Source: Opitutia bacterium (GTDB lineage Bacteria; Verrucomicrobiota; Verrucomicrobiia; Opitutales; Opitutaceae). From it: DNA of 64,000 bases. Position 1 is the first letter of the stretch. Every line of letters begins with the position of its first letter. The notes below the pieces were generated by a model. The model was not told the origin of the DNA. It saw only the letters and a list, made by a program, of their open reading frames with translations, and made no database searches. The DNA is taken from NCBI GenBank assembly GCA_947478395.1, contig CANJVR010000002.1, positions 160,001-224,000 of the forward strand. Direction: 5' to 3'. Shown here piece after piece: positions 11,601-19,582 of this stretch. Position numbers and translations under genes: made by a program.

Positions 11601-11741
11601 ACCCGCGTGCGCCTGGGCGTGATCAACTTCACTGACCGGGCCCCACCGCTGGCCTCCGGCCAATCCGCCTACAGCCCGGCGATCAATCAGAGCATGGTCC
11701 CCGGTCGCACCTGGACGCTTGAGCTCACGAAGGCATTCTAG
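8643..11741 (+). CDS. TonB-dependent outer-membrane receptor
   Basis: Signal peptide, VVTGSNIRR, plug motifs TLILVDGRR and IDRIEVLRDGASSVYGSDAVAGVVN, barrel motif R.EKYSDFG, C-terminal Phe. Confidence 0.93.
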   Translation: MKPPHHDKISHFAATTALFLTFAALAFSADARDAAASRQKDAPEKEVVSLQSYVVTGSNIRRLDMEKVAPITVLNTAAIETRNALTPVDLLTSLPQVISLPENETRTGSSGARGDNANINFRNLGATATLILVDGRRMAINPMTAGLSQAVNVNQLPNQGIDRIEVLRDGASSVYGSDAVAGVVNYVMRRDYRGTELTVRHGRPEHGGGEFSEATLMFGTPFASGKGRLVLTLEGFYREAIYLRDRGYARVSNTTDRAPAPFNVLGSAFDARSARGYFPQFLVGTATTNNYLKLVSGVPTLTTVAPTRAANPEYYLDLNLFTMAQPRAKRTNSFATVEFDLAPQVTAFADFGYYRSISTMVRQPLALNAPTTDAYAVLAVDNPFNPYGSRFYDAAGASNADGTARLTGAPRTVSLISETILDLPVEEIKTTNDAVRVTAGLKGKLPRDWSWESAGFFNRVRGRDDGKNDVRESLFQSALQRTDAAAFNPFGYTFKVANGAVVVDQPYKNPKAVVDGFARLFSRTAQSYIASWDAHATGSLLSLWSGDLRAAFGAEYRREDLKDLRPPFSGENPAGSGLDPLNNDFILHPARPDVRGNRSVTSFYAETVIPIVAPKNNIPLFNTLEFTVSARHEKYSDFGDTTKPKYGVNWRPLAGVMLRGSYNEGFMAPSLAALYTSPRWSISAGAGDIDPYRNPVTNEGPYIARNYFGGSPTLKAAESKGKTGGIVLDVPFVKGLSVTADYWQVRRVNLLGQRSTTQVYISDVALLQAYTKAQLAAGKPIDQIDVGSGTANYKGDPDVVRLVPTAADSATFASYNAANPGNPQALAGRIFSNNTPFVNLASSYDEGVDLSLNYVLPKLPLGNITINADWSYLTASRSTTAPSNVAAISTDNVNVGGNSRWRGTTTIAWRSGNWAASLGAYFIGASQDTGATTTAAVWESLGRPGYLEKQFNAGTYTYRYVIHDSTTLNASFAYRFNANTSEWLRRTRVRLGVINFTDRAPPLASGQSAYSPAINQSMVPGRTWTLELTKAF

Positions 11742-11767
11742 CTAAAAGCGCAGACGCTAACTACGCC

Positions 11768-11833
11768 GCGGCAGGCGTCCCCGCCTGCCGCTACGAGGAC
11801 GCAGAACCCGGCAGGCGGAGACGCCTGCCGCTA
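11768..11833. repeat. REP-like hairpin doublet
   Basis: gcggcaggcg-tccc-cgcctgccgc-tac followed by cggcaggcg-gaga-cgcctgccg-cta; the first reads GTAG+hairpin on the minus strand. Confidence 0.8.
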
Positions 11834-11878
11834 ACCAAAACGGTCCCGGAAAAAATTAAACCGCCCCAATCCACCATC

Positions 11879-12802
11879 ATGAAATTTCTTTTCCCTCTAT
11901 CCCTCTTCCTCGCGCTCGCGGCGTCGCTGCCGGCGGCTGAGCCCGCGACGCCGGCTAAGGCGGCGGCCGAACGCGACCTCAACCGCGAATGGCTCATGTC
12001 GTTGCCCGCTGCGCCCAAGCCGGAACTCACGCGGCACGGCCTCGTGGCCGAGGAGTTGCGCCGCTGGAAAGTGCGCGGCGCGAATCAAGGCGTGGCGGTC
12101 GACGCCAAATACTTTTACGGCATCGGAAACTATGTGGTGGGCAAATACGACAAGACGACCGGCGAGCGGGTCGGCGAATGGGTGGGGCTGCGCGGCGGCG
12201 CGACGATCCATCTCAACGGCGGCCTCATCCAAGACGGACAGCTCGTCATGGCGCACTCGAACTTTCCGCAGCTGCCGATGGCCAGTTCGCTCGAGTATTT
12301 CGATCCCATGACGGTGCAGCCGGTGAAGTCGCTCGCGATGGGCATCCGGCTTGGCTCGCTCACCTGGGCCGAACGGAAGGACGGTTTTTGGTGGGCGTGT
12401 TTTGCGAACTACAACGATCAAGGCACGACCCCCGGTTTCGACAACCGCTGGACGTATCTCGGGAAATTTGACGATCACTGGCAGATGATCGAGTCGTGGA
12501 TTTTTCCGCCGCAGATTGTCGCGGCTTGGGGCAAGAGCTCGAGTTCGGGTGGAAGCTGGGGTGACGACGGACTGCTTTACGTTACCGGCCACGACGAGAA
12601 GGAACTCTATGTGGTGCGTTTGCCCAAGATGGGGGTGGCCCTGGACTACGTCACGACGATCGCGGTGCCCTTCGAGGGCCAGTCGTGGGCGTGGGATCGC
12701 AGCGCGAAAGGGGAGCGCATTATTTATGGTATCTCGCGCGCCTTGGGCGATGTGATCGTAGCGCGCATCCCGGCGTTGCCGGCTGAGGTGCTCAAACGCT
12801 GA
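11879..12802 (+). CDS. Secreted hypothetical protein, probable beta-propeller
   Basis: Signal peptide; Trp/Gly-rich blade-like segments (QGVAVD, SLTW, GGSWGDDGLLYVTGHD, GQSWAWD); typical coding codon bias. Confidence 0.7.
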   Translation: MKFLFPLSLFLALAASLPAAEPATPAKAAAERDLNREWLMSLPAAPKPELTRHGLVAEELRRWKVRGANQGVAVDAKYFYGIGNYVVGKYDKTTGERVGEWVGLRGGATIHLNGGLIQDGQLVMAHSNFPQLPMASSLEYFDPMTVQPVKSLAMGIRLGSLTWAERKDGFWWACFANYNDQGTTPGFDNRWTYLGKFDDHWQMIESWIFPPQIVAAWGKSSSSGGSWGDDGLLYVTGHDEKELYVVRLPKMGVALDYVTTIAVPFEGQSWAWDRSAKGERIIYGISRALGDVIVARIPALPAEVLKR

Positions 12803-12859
12803 ACGTAGCTGCGGCGCTTTCGGCTTTGTTTTCTACTCGGAAGCGGCTCTCGTCGGGCC

Positions 12860-13507
12860 ATGACGAGAGCCGAGCGCGCTGCCCTGATCGATCTGCGACT
12901 CGCGGAGCTCTATCCCGCGACGCCGATCCCGCTCGACCATCAGGATACGTTCACGCTGCTCGTGGCGGTGCTGCTTTCGGCGCAGAGCACGGATAAAGGC
13001 GTGAACAAAGTGACGCCCGCGCTCTTCGCGTGCGCGGACACGCCGGAGAAAATGATGCACGTGCCGGTGGAGCAGATCCGCGCGATCATCCGGCCCTGCG
13101 GGCTCTCGCCGCAAAAGGCCAAGGCGATCTCCGGGCTCTCACGCATTCTGGTCGAGCAGCACGCGGGCCAAGTGCCGCGGACCTTCGAGGAACTCGAGGA
13201 ACTGCCGGGTGTGGGGCACAAAACCGCGAGTGTCGTGATGGCGCAGGCGTTCGGCGTGCCGGCGTTTCCGGTCGACACGCACATCCACCGCCTCGCGCAA
13301 CGGTGGCAGCTTACGAACGGCCGAAGCGTGGAGCAGACCGAGCGCGATTTGAAAAAACTTTTCCCGCGCGAGCACTGGAACGCGTTGCATCTGCGCATCA
13401 TTTTTTACGGCCGTGAACATTGTAGCGCGCGGGGCTGCGACGGGACCGTGTGCGAGCTTTGCCGCACCGTGGTGCCCGGTAGAAAACGCGCCGTGCGCAC
13501 GAAGTGA
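12860..13507 (+). CDS. nth: Endonuclease III
   Basis: LLVAVLLSAQSTD, HhH LPGVGHKTA, FPVDTH and a C-terminal 4-Cys cluster. Confidence 0.93.
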   Translation: MTRAERAALIDLRLAELYPATPIPLDHQDTFTLLVAVLLSAQSTDKGVNKVTPALFACADTPEKMMHVPVEQIRAIIRPCGLSPQKAKAISGLSRILVEQHAGQVPRTFEELEELPGVGHKTASVVMAQAFGVPAFPVDTHIHRLAQRWQLTNGRSVEQTERDLKKLFPREHWNALHLRIIFYGREHCSARGCDGTVCELCRTVVPGRKRAVRTK

Positions 13508-13521
13508 AATTTATCAGCAAC

Positions 13522-13546
13522 GTAGAACCGGGCCCCGCGCCCGGTT
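13522..13546 (+). repeat. GTAG-type REP-like hairpin
   Basis: gtag-aaccgggc-cccgc-gcccggtt immediately after the nth stop. Confidence 0.55.
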
Positions 13547-13745
13547 ACCAGCGATCCGAATAACCCTCCGCCGTAGTTCAGCGCGGCTGGCCGACGTAGG
13601 CGCCGAGGTAAACCGGACGCGTGGCGATGGGGCCCGGAGGTCTAAATTCCACCTTGAAGTTGGGCGACTGCTCACGCCGTGGCCGTGTTTTTGAAAACAA
13701 GATTGATTCACGAGAAATGGCCGTTCACTTTCCCGCCTCTTAGTA

Positions 13746-13822
13746 GGACGCTTAGCTCAGTTGGTTAGAGCACGTGCTTCACACGCACGGGGTCGGCGGT
13801 TCGAGTCCGCCAGCGTCCACCA
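13746..13822 (+). tRNA. tRNA-Val (anticodon CAC)
   Basis: Acceptor stem ggacgct/agcgtcc + ACCA, D arm agctcagttggttagagc, anticodon arm cgtgc-ttCACac-gcacg, T arm ggcggttcgagtccgcc. Confidence 0.97.
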
Positions 13823-14096
13823 TTTTAAGGCAAGTAGATGTCCAATCGCTTTTAGTCCTAAAAAAAGGTCTAAAGTCTTAAAAAGATGCTAAGAATGGCC
13901 GAGGGTTGCCGACGACGCGGACGGAGAATTTCTCAACCTTTGAAAACGGAAAGTTGTTAAAAAAATCAGTCACTCGGACAGGCTCTAGGTCGCTTAACCC
14001 CTCCCAATTTTAGCCCGAGGGCTTCCTTACTCCCCCAAGCCCATGCATCGAGCCAATTGCCTTGGGTTTGCTCGCCGTTGTGCACACGGTTCAACA

Positions 14097-15023
14097 ATGA
14101 GAATGCTCATCCGCCTGCTCTGCGTGTTCGGGCTTTTGTTGTCGGTCGCTTTTGCGGAGTCGCTAGATGAGACGCGGAAAAAAGCTGAGTCCGGTGATTC
14201 CTTTGCGCAGTGGTTGCTCGGCGGCGCATACGCTAAAGGCAACGGCGTGCCGAAGGACTCTGCTGAAGCCGTGAAGTGGTGTCGCTTGGCGGCGGAGCAG
14301 GGTTTCGCCATGGCGCAGAGCGACCTCGGCTTGATGTACAAGAACGGCGAAGGCGTGGCGAAGGATTCCGCCGAGGCTGTGAAGTGGTATCGGAAGGCGG
14401 CAGCTACTGGTGATGCTGGCGGTCGATTTAATCTCGGGTTGTCATATGCCAATGGTGAAGGCGTGCCGGAGGACCTGATTCAAGCGCACTTCTGGTTAAA
14501 CCTCGCTGGAGCCGCAGAAGACGAGACCTACACTACTTTTGCCAAAATATCTCTTGCTCGGATTGAAGCGAAAATGAACGCCGAGCAAAAAGCTGAAGCG
14601 ATGAAGTTGGCACGAGAGATGTTTGAGCGCGAGACGACCGAGCGGTTAGCCGTTGCCAAGGCTCGGGCGGAAAAAGACGCCGCAGATAAAGCAGCGGTGG
14701 CGGAGCGAGTCGCGGCTATTAAGGCAGAGGCGGAAAAAAGAAGGCCGGACCGCTACCCAGTACCGACCTATCAGGTCAGGCCCGTTTACCCTTTCGAATC
14801 CCGCGCGGCCGGCAGGGCTGGTGACGTGTTGGTCAGCTATACGATTGATGTTCGCGGTAAGGTCATAAACGCCCGCGCAGTTAGATCTTCGGCCAAGGAG
14901 TTCGAAGCCGCTGCGGTAGCGGCAGTCGAAAAGTGGAAATTTCAACCTGCGATGAAAAATGGAAAAACGATTGAATGCGATCTGCAGGCGCCGATCGTCT
15001 TCACGCTTAGCGAGGAAAATTAG
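14097..15023 (+). CDS. Sel1-repeat / TonB C-terminal domain fusion protein
   Basis: Signal peptide (..SVAFA-E), three Sel1 repeats (AQ..LG..Y..G.GV.KD..EA.KW), Ala/Glu/Lys helical linker, TonB_C (P.YP...G.V.V...ID..G.V...FE.AA..AV.KWKF.PA). Confidence 0.85.
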   Translation: MRMLIRLLCVFGLLLSVAFAESLDETRKKAESGDSFAQWLLGGAYAKGNGVPKDSAEAVKWCRLAAEQGFAMAQSDLGLMYKNGEGVAKDSAEAVKWYRKAAATGDAGGRFNLGLSYANGEGVPEDLIQAHFWLNLAGAAEDETYTTFAKISLARIEAKMNAEQKAEAMKLAREMFERETTERLAVAKARAEKDAADKAAVAERVAAIKAEAEKRRPDRYPVPTYQVRPVYPFESRAAGRAGDVLVSYTIDVRGKVINARAVRSSAKEFEAAAVAAVEKWKFQPAMKNGKTIECDLQAPIVFTLSEEN

Positions 15024-15158
15024 CCAGTGTCCAAAAGGGCTATTCGCGAAGCTGCCTAAGAAGTAGGAAAAGCCAGCCTTCTGATTCAACTAAGATAACA
15101 TTACACCTAGCCCAGTTTCCGGGACCCGCTCAATCCCGCCCACCGGAATTGAGCCCTC

Positions 15159-15890
15159 TTACTTCAACGCGGCCCAGACCCGTTGCACGTCGTCGTGATC
15201 GTCGAGTTCGTGGAGAAATTCGCCGACTTCCATTCGCGCGGCGTCGTCAAGTTCGGGATAATTTTTCGCCAGATAGCCGAGCTCGGCGGTCACGACGGTC
15301 CAGCCGTTTTTTGCGAGCCAAGTTGAAACGGCGTGCACGGCTTTGATATCCGTGACGAAGCGCGCCCCAGCGTGGCCCTCGGGAATGTCGTCGTTTTTCT
15401 CGTGCGACACGGGCTCGAAATCGTTCGCGCCGGCCTCGATTGCCGCGGCTTCGAGATCGCTGGCGGTGTCGGGATGGTGCGCCTCCACCAGCCCGACGTG
15501 ATCGAAAAGAAACTTGTTGCTCCCGGCCTGGCCGAGCACGCCCTTCTTGAAAAGCACGCGCATTTCCGGGGCCGTCCGCTGGTGATTGTCGGTGTAGACT
15601 TCGACGATGACCGGCACTTTGTGCGGCGCGTAGCCCTCGAAGGTGATGTGTTCGAGGACCAATTTGTCGTCGCCCACGCCAGCCCCTTTTTTGATCGCCC
15701 GCTCAATCACATCGCGGGTGACGCTGGCCTTCTTGGCCTTCTCCACGGCCGCGAATAGCCGGGCATTGGCGGCAGGATCGCCTCCACCCAGTTTCGCGGC
15801 CACACTGATTTCTTTGGTCAGTTTGCCCGAGATTTTGCTTTTCCGCTCGTTAACGATGGCGCGTTTCGCGTGAAGCCATTGACGTCCCAT
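15159..15890 (-). CDS. YebC/PmpR family protein
   Basis: MGRQWLH.., GGGDP..N.RL..A, EGYAP..V.VIVE..TDN..RT and DDHDDVQRV. Confidence 0.92.
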   Translation of the reverse strand: MGRQWLHAKRAIVNERKSKISGKLTKEISVAAKLGGGDPAANARLFAAVEKAKKASVTRDVIERAIKKGAGVGDDKLVLEHITFEGYAPHKVPVIVEVYTDNHQRTAPEMRVLFKKGVLGQAGSNKFLFDHVGLVEAHHPDTASDLEAAAIEAGANDFEPVSHEKNDDIPEGHAGARFVTDIKAVHAVSTWLAKNGWTVVTAELGYLAKNYPELDDAARMEVGEFLHELDDHDDVQRVWAALK

Positions 15891-15977
15891 AAGGTGGGCG
15901 AGACTTGCGGTTCGGTCCGGCGCGATCAACCTCGGAATATTCCGGTTGATCGCGACCCTCACCCCCGACGCTTTCTC

Positions 15978-16940
15978 ATGAACATCCGCATTCCTAAAGA
16001 TTGGGCACTTCCCGAATCGGCCGTGACGGCTGAATCGGTTTATCGTCTCCGTAATCGTCGCGATTTCCTCCGGTCCCTCGGGCTCGCGTCCGCCGGCTTG
16101 CTCGGCGCCCAAGCTTTGCGCGGAGCCACAGGGGGATTTCCCGCCAAGGAAAACGAACTCTATCCGGCCTCGGCGCTCAAACCGACGCCCTACGATTTCA
16201 TTACGAGCTACAATAATTTTTATGAGTTCGGCACGGACAAGTCGGCGCCCAAGGACAATGCGAAAGGCTGGAAGACGGAACCGTGGACCGTCGAACTGGC
16301 CGGGCTCATCCGGAAACCGGGGAAATTCGACGTCAACGACCTGATCGCAAAAGTTGGCGGGATCGAGGAGCGGGTGTATCGTCACCGTTGCGTCGAAGCT
16401 TGGTCGATGGTGATCCCGTGGGACGGTTTTTCGCTCGCGAAGCTCGTGACGCTGGCTGATCCGCTGCCGGAGGCGAAATACCTGAAGCTATCCTCGTTCA
16501 ACGATCCGAAAAATGTCGTGGGGCAGCGAACGGCCGTACTCGACTGGCCGTATGTGGAAGGCCTCCGGCTGGACGAGGCCATGAATGAATTGGCGTTCAT
16601 CGCGACAGGAATTTACGGCCAGCCGATCCCGAATCAGAACGGCGCGCCGTTGCGGCTCGTGACGCCGTGGAAATATGGCTTCAAGGGCATCAAATCGATC
16701 GTGAAGATTGAGTTTGTCGCGCAGCAGCCGAGGAACACGTGGTACGTGATGGCGCCGCGCGAGTACGGATTCTACGCCAATGTGAATCCAAACGTGGATC
16801 ATCCCCGCTGGTCGCAGGCGAGCGAGCGCGTGATTGGCGGCTCCTTTTTCGCCGGGAAACAGGCCACGTTGATGTTTAACGGCTACGAAAAACAAGTGGC
16901 CGGGCTCTACACCGGTTTGGATCTGGGGCGGAATTATTAG
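15978..16940 (+). CDS. msrP: Protein-methionine-sulfoxide reductase catalytic subunit
   Basis: Tat motif RRDFL; YNNFYEFG, HRCVEAWSMVIPW (Moco Cys), GAPLRLVTPWKYGFK and HPRWSQASER. Confidence 0.95.
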   Translation: MNIRIPKDWALPESAVTAESVYRLRNRRDFLRSLGLASAGLLGAQALRGATGGFPAKENELYPASALKPTPYDFITSYNNFYEFGTDKSAPKDNAKGWKTEPWTVELAGLIRKPGKFDVNDLIAKVGGIEERVYRHRCVEAWSMVIPWDGFSLAKLVTLADPLPEAKYLKLSSFNDPKNVVGQRTAVLDWPYVEGLRLDEAMNELAFIATGIYGQPIPNQNGAPLRLVTPWKYGFKGIKSIVKIEFVAQQPRNTWYVMAPREYGFYANVNPNVDHPRWSQASERVIGGSFFAGKQATLMFNGYEKQVAGLYTGLDLGRNY

Positions 16941-16952
16941 TGGAAATTTTTC

Positions 16953-17019
16953 AACCGCAGATATCGCGGATATCACGGGTTGAATGCCCCGATCCGTGCC
17001 ATCCGTGCCATCCGCGGTT
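16953..17019. repeat. Imperfect palindrome built of 9-mer units between msrP and msrQ
   Basis: aaccgcagat-atcgcggat-atcacgggt ... atccgtgcc-atccgtgcc-atccgcggtt. Confidence 0.7.
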
Positions 17020-17059
17020 AAGCGAAAAGGCTGCGGGCTTCCGGTGCTAAATTATTTCC

Positions 17060-17671
17060 ATGCTGCTCGAAAAAATCCTGCGCTCTAAGGTTTTCATCTG
17101 GATCCTGATCATTCTGCCGGGCCTTTGGCCGGCATGGCCGCTGTTACGGCAGGACCCGAGCGTGCTCGCCGATCCGGCAAAGTATCTGCTCCACCATATG
17201 GGCTTGGTCGCGTGCGTGCTGCTAGCGGTGGTGCTAACCTTCACGCCGCTGCGCGTCTTGTTTCCCAAGTCGAAGTTGGCGCTGGCGCTCAACCGTCACC
17301 GCCGGCTCGTGGGCGTCGCGGCTTTCGGGTATGCTCTCCTGCACCTGGGCTTTCATCTCGTGGAAGAAGGTGGGTTCGGCACGTTCATCAAAAATCTGCA
17401 AAAGCCTTTTATCCTGAGTGGGCTGACGACTTTCACCATCCTCCTCGCGCTAGCGGTCACGAGCCCGCATCGTGTCTTGCGGTGGATGGGTGCGATCAAG
17501 TGGAAGCGTTTGCATCGGCTCGTCTATCTAGCGGCGCCGCTAGCGGCGTATCACCAGGCCGCGGCGCGAAAGATTTTTCCGGTGCAGGTGCTCTGGATTT
17601 TTTTGCCGCTGGCCTTCCTCGAGTTGCTGCGGGTTTGGAAGCAACGCACCAAGCAGAGCGCCGCGGTTTGA
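17060..17671 (+). CDS. msrQ: Heme-binding membrane subunit of MsrPQ
   Basis: Ferric-reductase-like TM domain: RRLVG..AF.Y..LH, LAVTS, WKRLHRLVY; directly follows msrP. Confidence 0.88.
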   Translation: MLLEKILRSKVFIWILIILPGLWPAWPLLRQDPSVLADPAKYLLHHMGLVACVLLAVVLTFTPLRVLFPKSKLALALNRHRRLVGVAAFGYALLHLGFHLVEEGGFGTFIKNLQKPFILSGLTTFTILLALAVTSPHRVLRWMGAIKWKRLHRLVYLAAPLAAYHQAAARKIFPVQVLWIFLPLAFLELLRVWKQRTKQSAAV

Positions 17672-17759
17672 AAAAACCGGAGGGTTCGGCGTAGCGCGCG
17701 GCTTTAGTCCGCGTTCTGAAATTCCAACACGCGGGCTGAAGCACCGCGCGCCTCACGGA

Positions 17760-19157
17760 TCAGAAATCCGCCGTGCCGGGAGTCCGCGCGAACGGGATCA
17801 CGTCGCGGATGTTGGCCACGCCGGTGATGAACATCAGCATGCGTTCGAAGCCCAAGCCGAAGCCGGCATGCGGCACGGTGCCGAAGCGGCGTAGATCCAA
17901 GTACCACCAGTAGTCCTTTTCCGAAAGGTGGTGCAGCGCGAGACCAGCCTGGAGGAAATCGAGGCGTTCCTCGCGTTGGCTGCCGCCGATGATTTCTCCG
18001 ATGCCCGGGACGAGGAGGTCCATGGCGGCAACCGTCTGCCGACCCGGCGCGCAGCCATCGGTCTGGCGCATGTAGAACGCTTTGATTGCCTGCGGATAAT
18101 TATAGACCGTCACGGGACACTTAAAATGTTCCTCGGTGAGGAAGCGCTCGTGTTCCGCCTGAAGATTCGTGCCCCAGGAGACCGGATGTTCCCAGGTTCG
18201 ACCGCTCTTTTCGAGAATCTCCACGGCCTCGGTGTAACTGCAGCGTTGGAACGGGCGCTCCAAGACAAAGCTGAGGCGCGTGAGCAGATCCTTGTCCACG
18301 AACTTGGAGAAAAATTCCAGATCCGCGGCGCAGTGTTCCTGCGCATCGCGAATCAGATATTTCACAAACTCCTCGGCGAGATCCATGTCGCCCTGCAGAT
18401 CGCAGAATGCGACTTCGGGTTCGATCATCCAGAATTCAGCGGCATGACGCGACGTGTGGGAATTTTCGGCCCGGAAGGTCGGGCCAAAGGTGTAAACGTT
18501 GGAAAGCGCGTGCGCGAAAATCTCGGCCTCTAATTGACCGGAGACCGTGAGAAACGTTTTCCGGCCAAAAAAATCCTTCGTCGCGTCGATCTGGCCGTCC
18601 TCGGTCTTCGGAGGCTGCGCCAGATCGAGTGTGGTCACGCGAAACATATCGCCCGCGCCCTCGGCATCGCTGGCGGTGATGATCGGGGTGTGCACGTAGA
18701 CAAAGTTTTTCTCCTGAAAAAACTGGTGCACCGCGTACGCCAACCGGCTGCGTACCCGAAACACCGCACCGAAAAGATTCGAGCGCGGACGCAGGTGCGC
18801 GATTTCGCGCAGGAATTCGAGGGTGTGGCCTTTTTTCTGCAAAGGAAACGTGGCGTCCGCTTCGCCGATGACGGTGAAGGCTTCGGCGATCACTTCCCAC
18901 GTTTGGCCGGCGCCTTTCGAGGCGACGAGTTTGCCGCGCACCGCGATCGATGCCCCGGTCGTAACTTTCTCGATCTGCACGTAGTCGGGCAGGGCGGCGT
19001 CGGCGATCACCTGGATGCTCTTGAGCGACGAGCCGTCGTTGAGCTCGATAAACGAGAACGTCTTGTTGTCGCGCCGTGTTCGCACCCAGCCTTGGAGCAA
19101 AACGGCGTCGAGCGAAGTGGGGCTGGCGAGGGCGGCTTTGACGAGCGTGCGTTTCAT
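17760..19157 (-). CDS. asnS: Asparagine--tRNA ligase
   Basis: GWVRTRRD, LQKKGHTLEFLRE.AHLR.R, LTVSGQL, FRAENS.T.RH.AEFWMIEPE and GFGLGFER. Confidence 0.96.
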   Translation of the reverse strand: MKRTLVKAALASPTSLDAVLLQGWVRTRRDNKTFSFIELNDGSSLKSIQVIADAALPDYVQIEKVTTGASIAVRGKLVASKGAGQTWEVIAEAFTVIGEADATFPLQKKGHTLEFLREIAHLRPRSNLFGAVFRVRSRLAYAVHQFFQEKNFVYVHTPIITASDAEGAGDMFRVTTLDLAQPPKTEDGQIDATKDFFGRKTFLTVSGQLEAEIFAHALSNVYTFGPTFRAENSHTSRHAAEFWMIEPEVAFCDLQGDMDLAEEFVKYLIRDAQEHCAADLEFFSKFVDKDLLTRLSFVLERPFQRCSYTEAVEILEKSGRTWEHPVSWGTNLQAEHERFLTEEHFKCPVTVYNYPQAIKAFYMRQTDGCAPGRQTVAAMDLLVPGIGEIIGGSQREERLDFLQAGLALHHLSEKDYWWYLDLRRFGTVPHAGFGLGFERMLMFITGVANIRDVIPFARTPGTADF

Positions 19158-19582
19158 GACTTGGGGAAAATGATTTCTCGGGCTCGGTGGTCGCGGCGAG
19201 GCAAATCCGACGGTGCGTGTAGGTGGCAATGCAGTCGCAAGACGTAGTAAAATGACTTCGAGTTTGGTTTTGGTCAGCCTGCCCGCGAGCGACGCAGCGG
19301 TGCGCGAATTTGATGCTGAGTCCCTGTAATTCGCCGCGCCTGGGCCGGTCTTTTACGTGTTTACGGCTCCGTGTTGCGACCCACGACGAATCTCATTCTT
19401 CCCCGCGTTCGGCGCACGTTGCTCGTGGGATTCGGCGCAGCGCTCGGTGTTTCGACGGTCGTAAATATCATCGGTCCAGTGGAGCGCATGAACGCCTCCT
19501 CGGGGGCCACGTTGGGCGTTACCCGCGGCGGAGGCAGTGCGGTCTTGCGGTGCACGCCGGGAACCGCACTGCTCGGCGCTTG

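Noticed and set aside
15159..16385. Extended N-termini given by the ORF track (yebC 408 aa; likewise scpA 462 aa, acyP 320 aa, gcvP 1006 aa)
   Set aside because: The extensions overlap neighbouring genes or promoter regions; family motifs begin at downstream starts.
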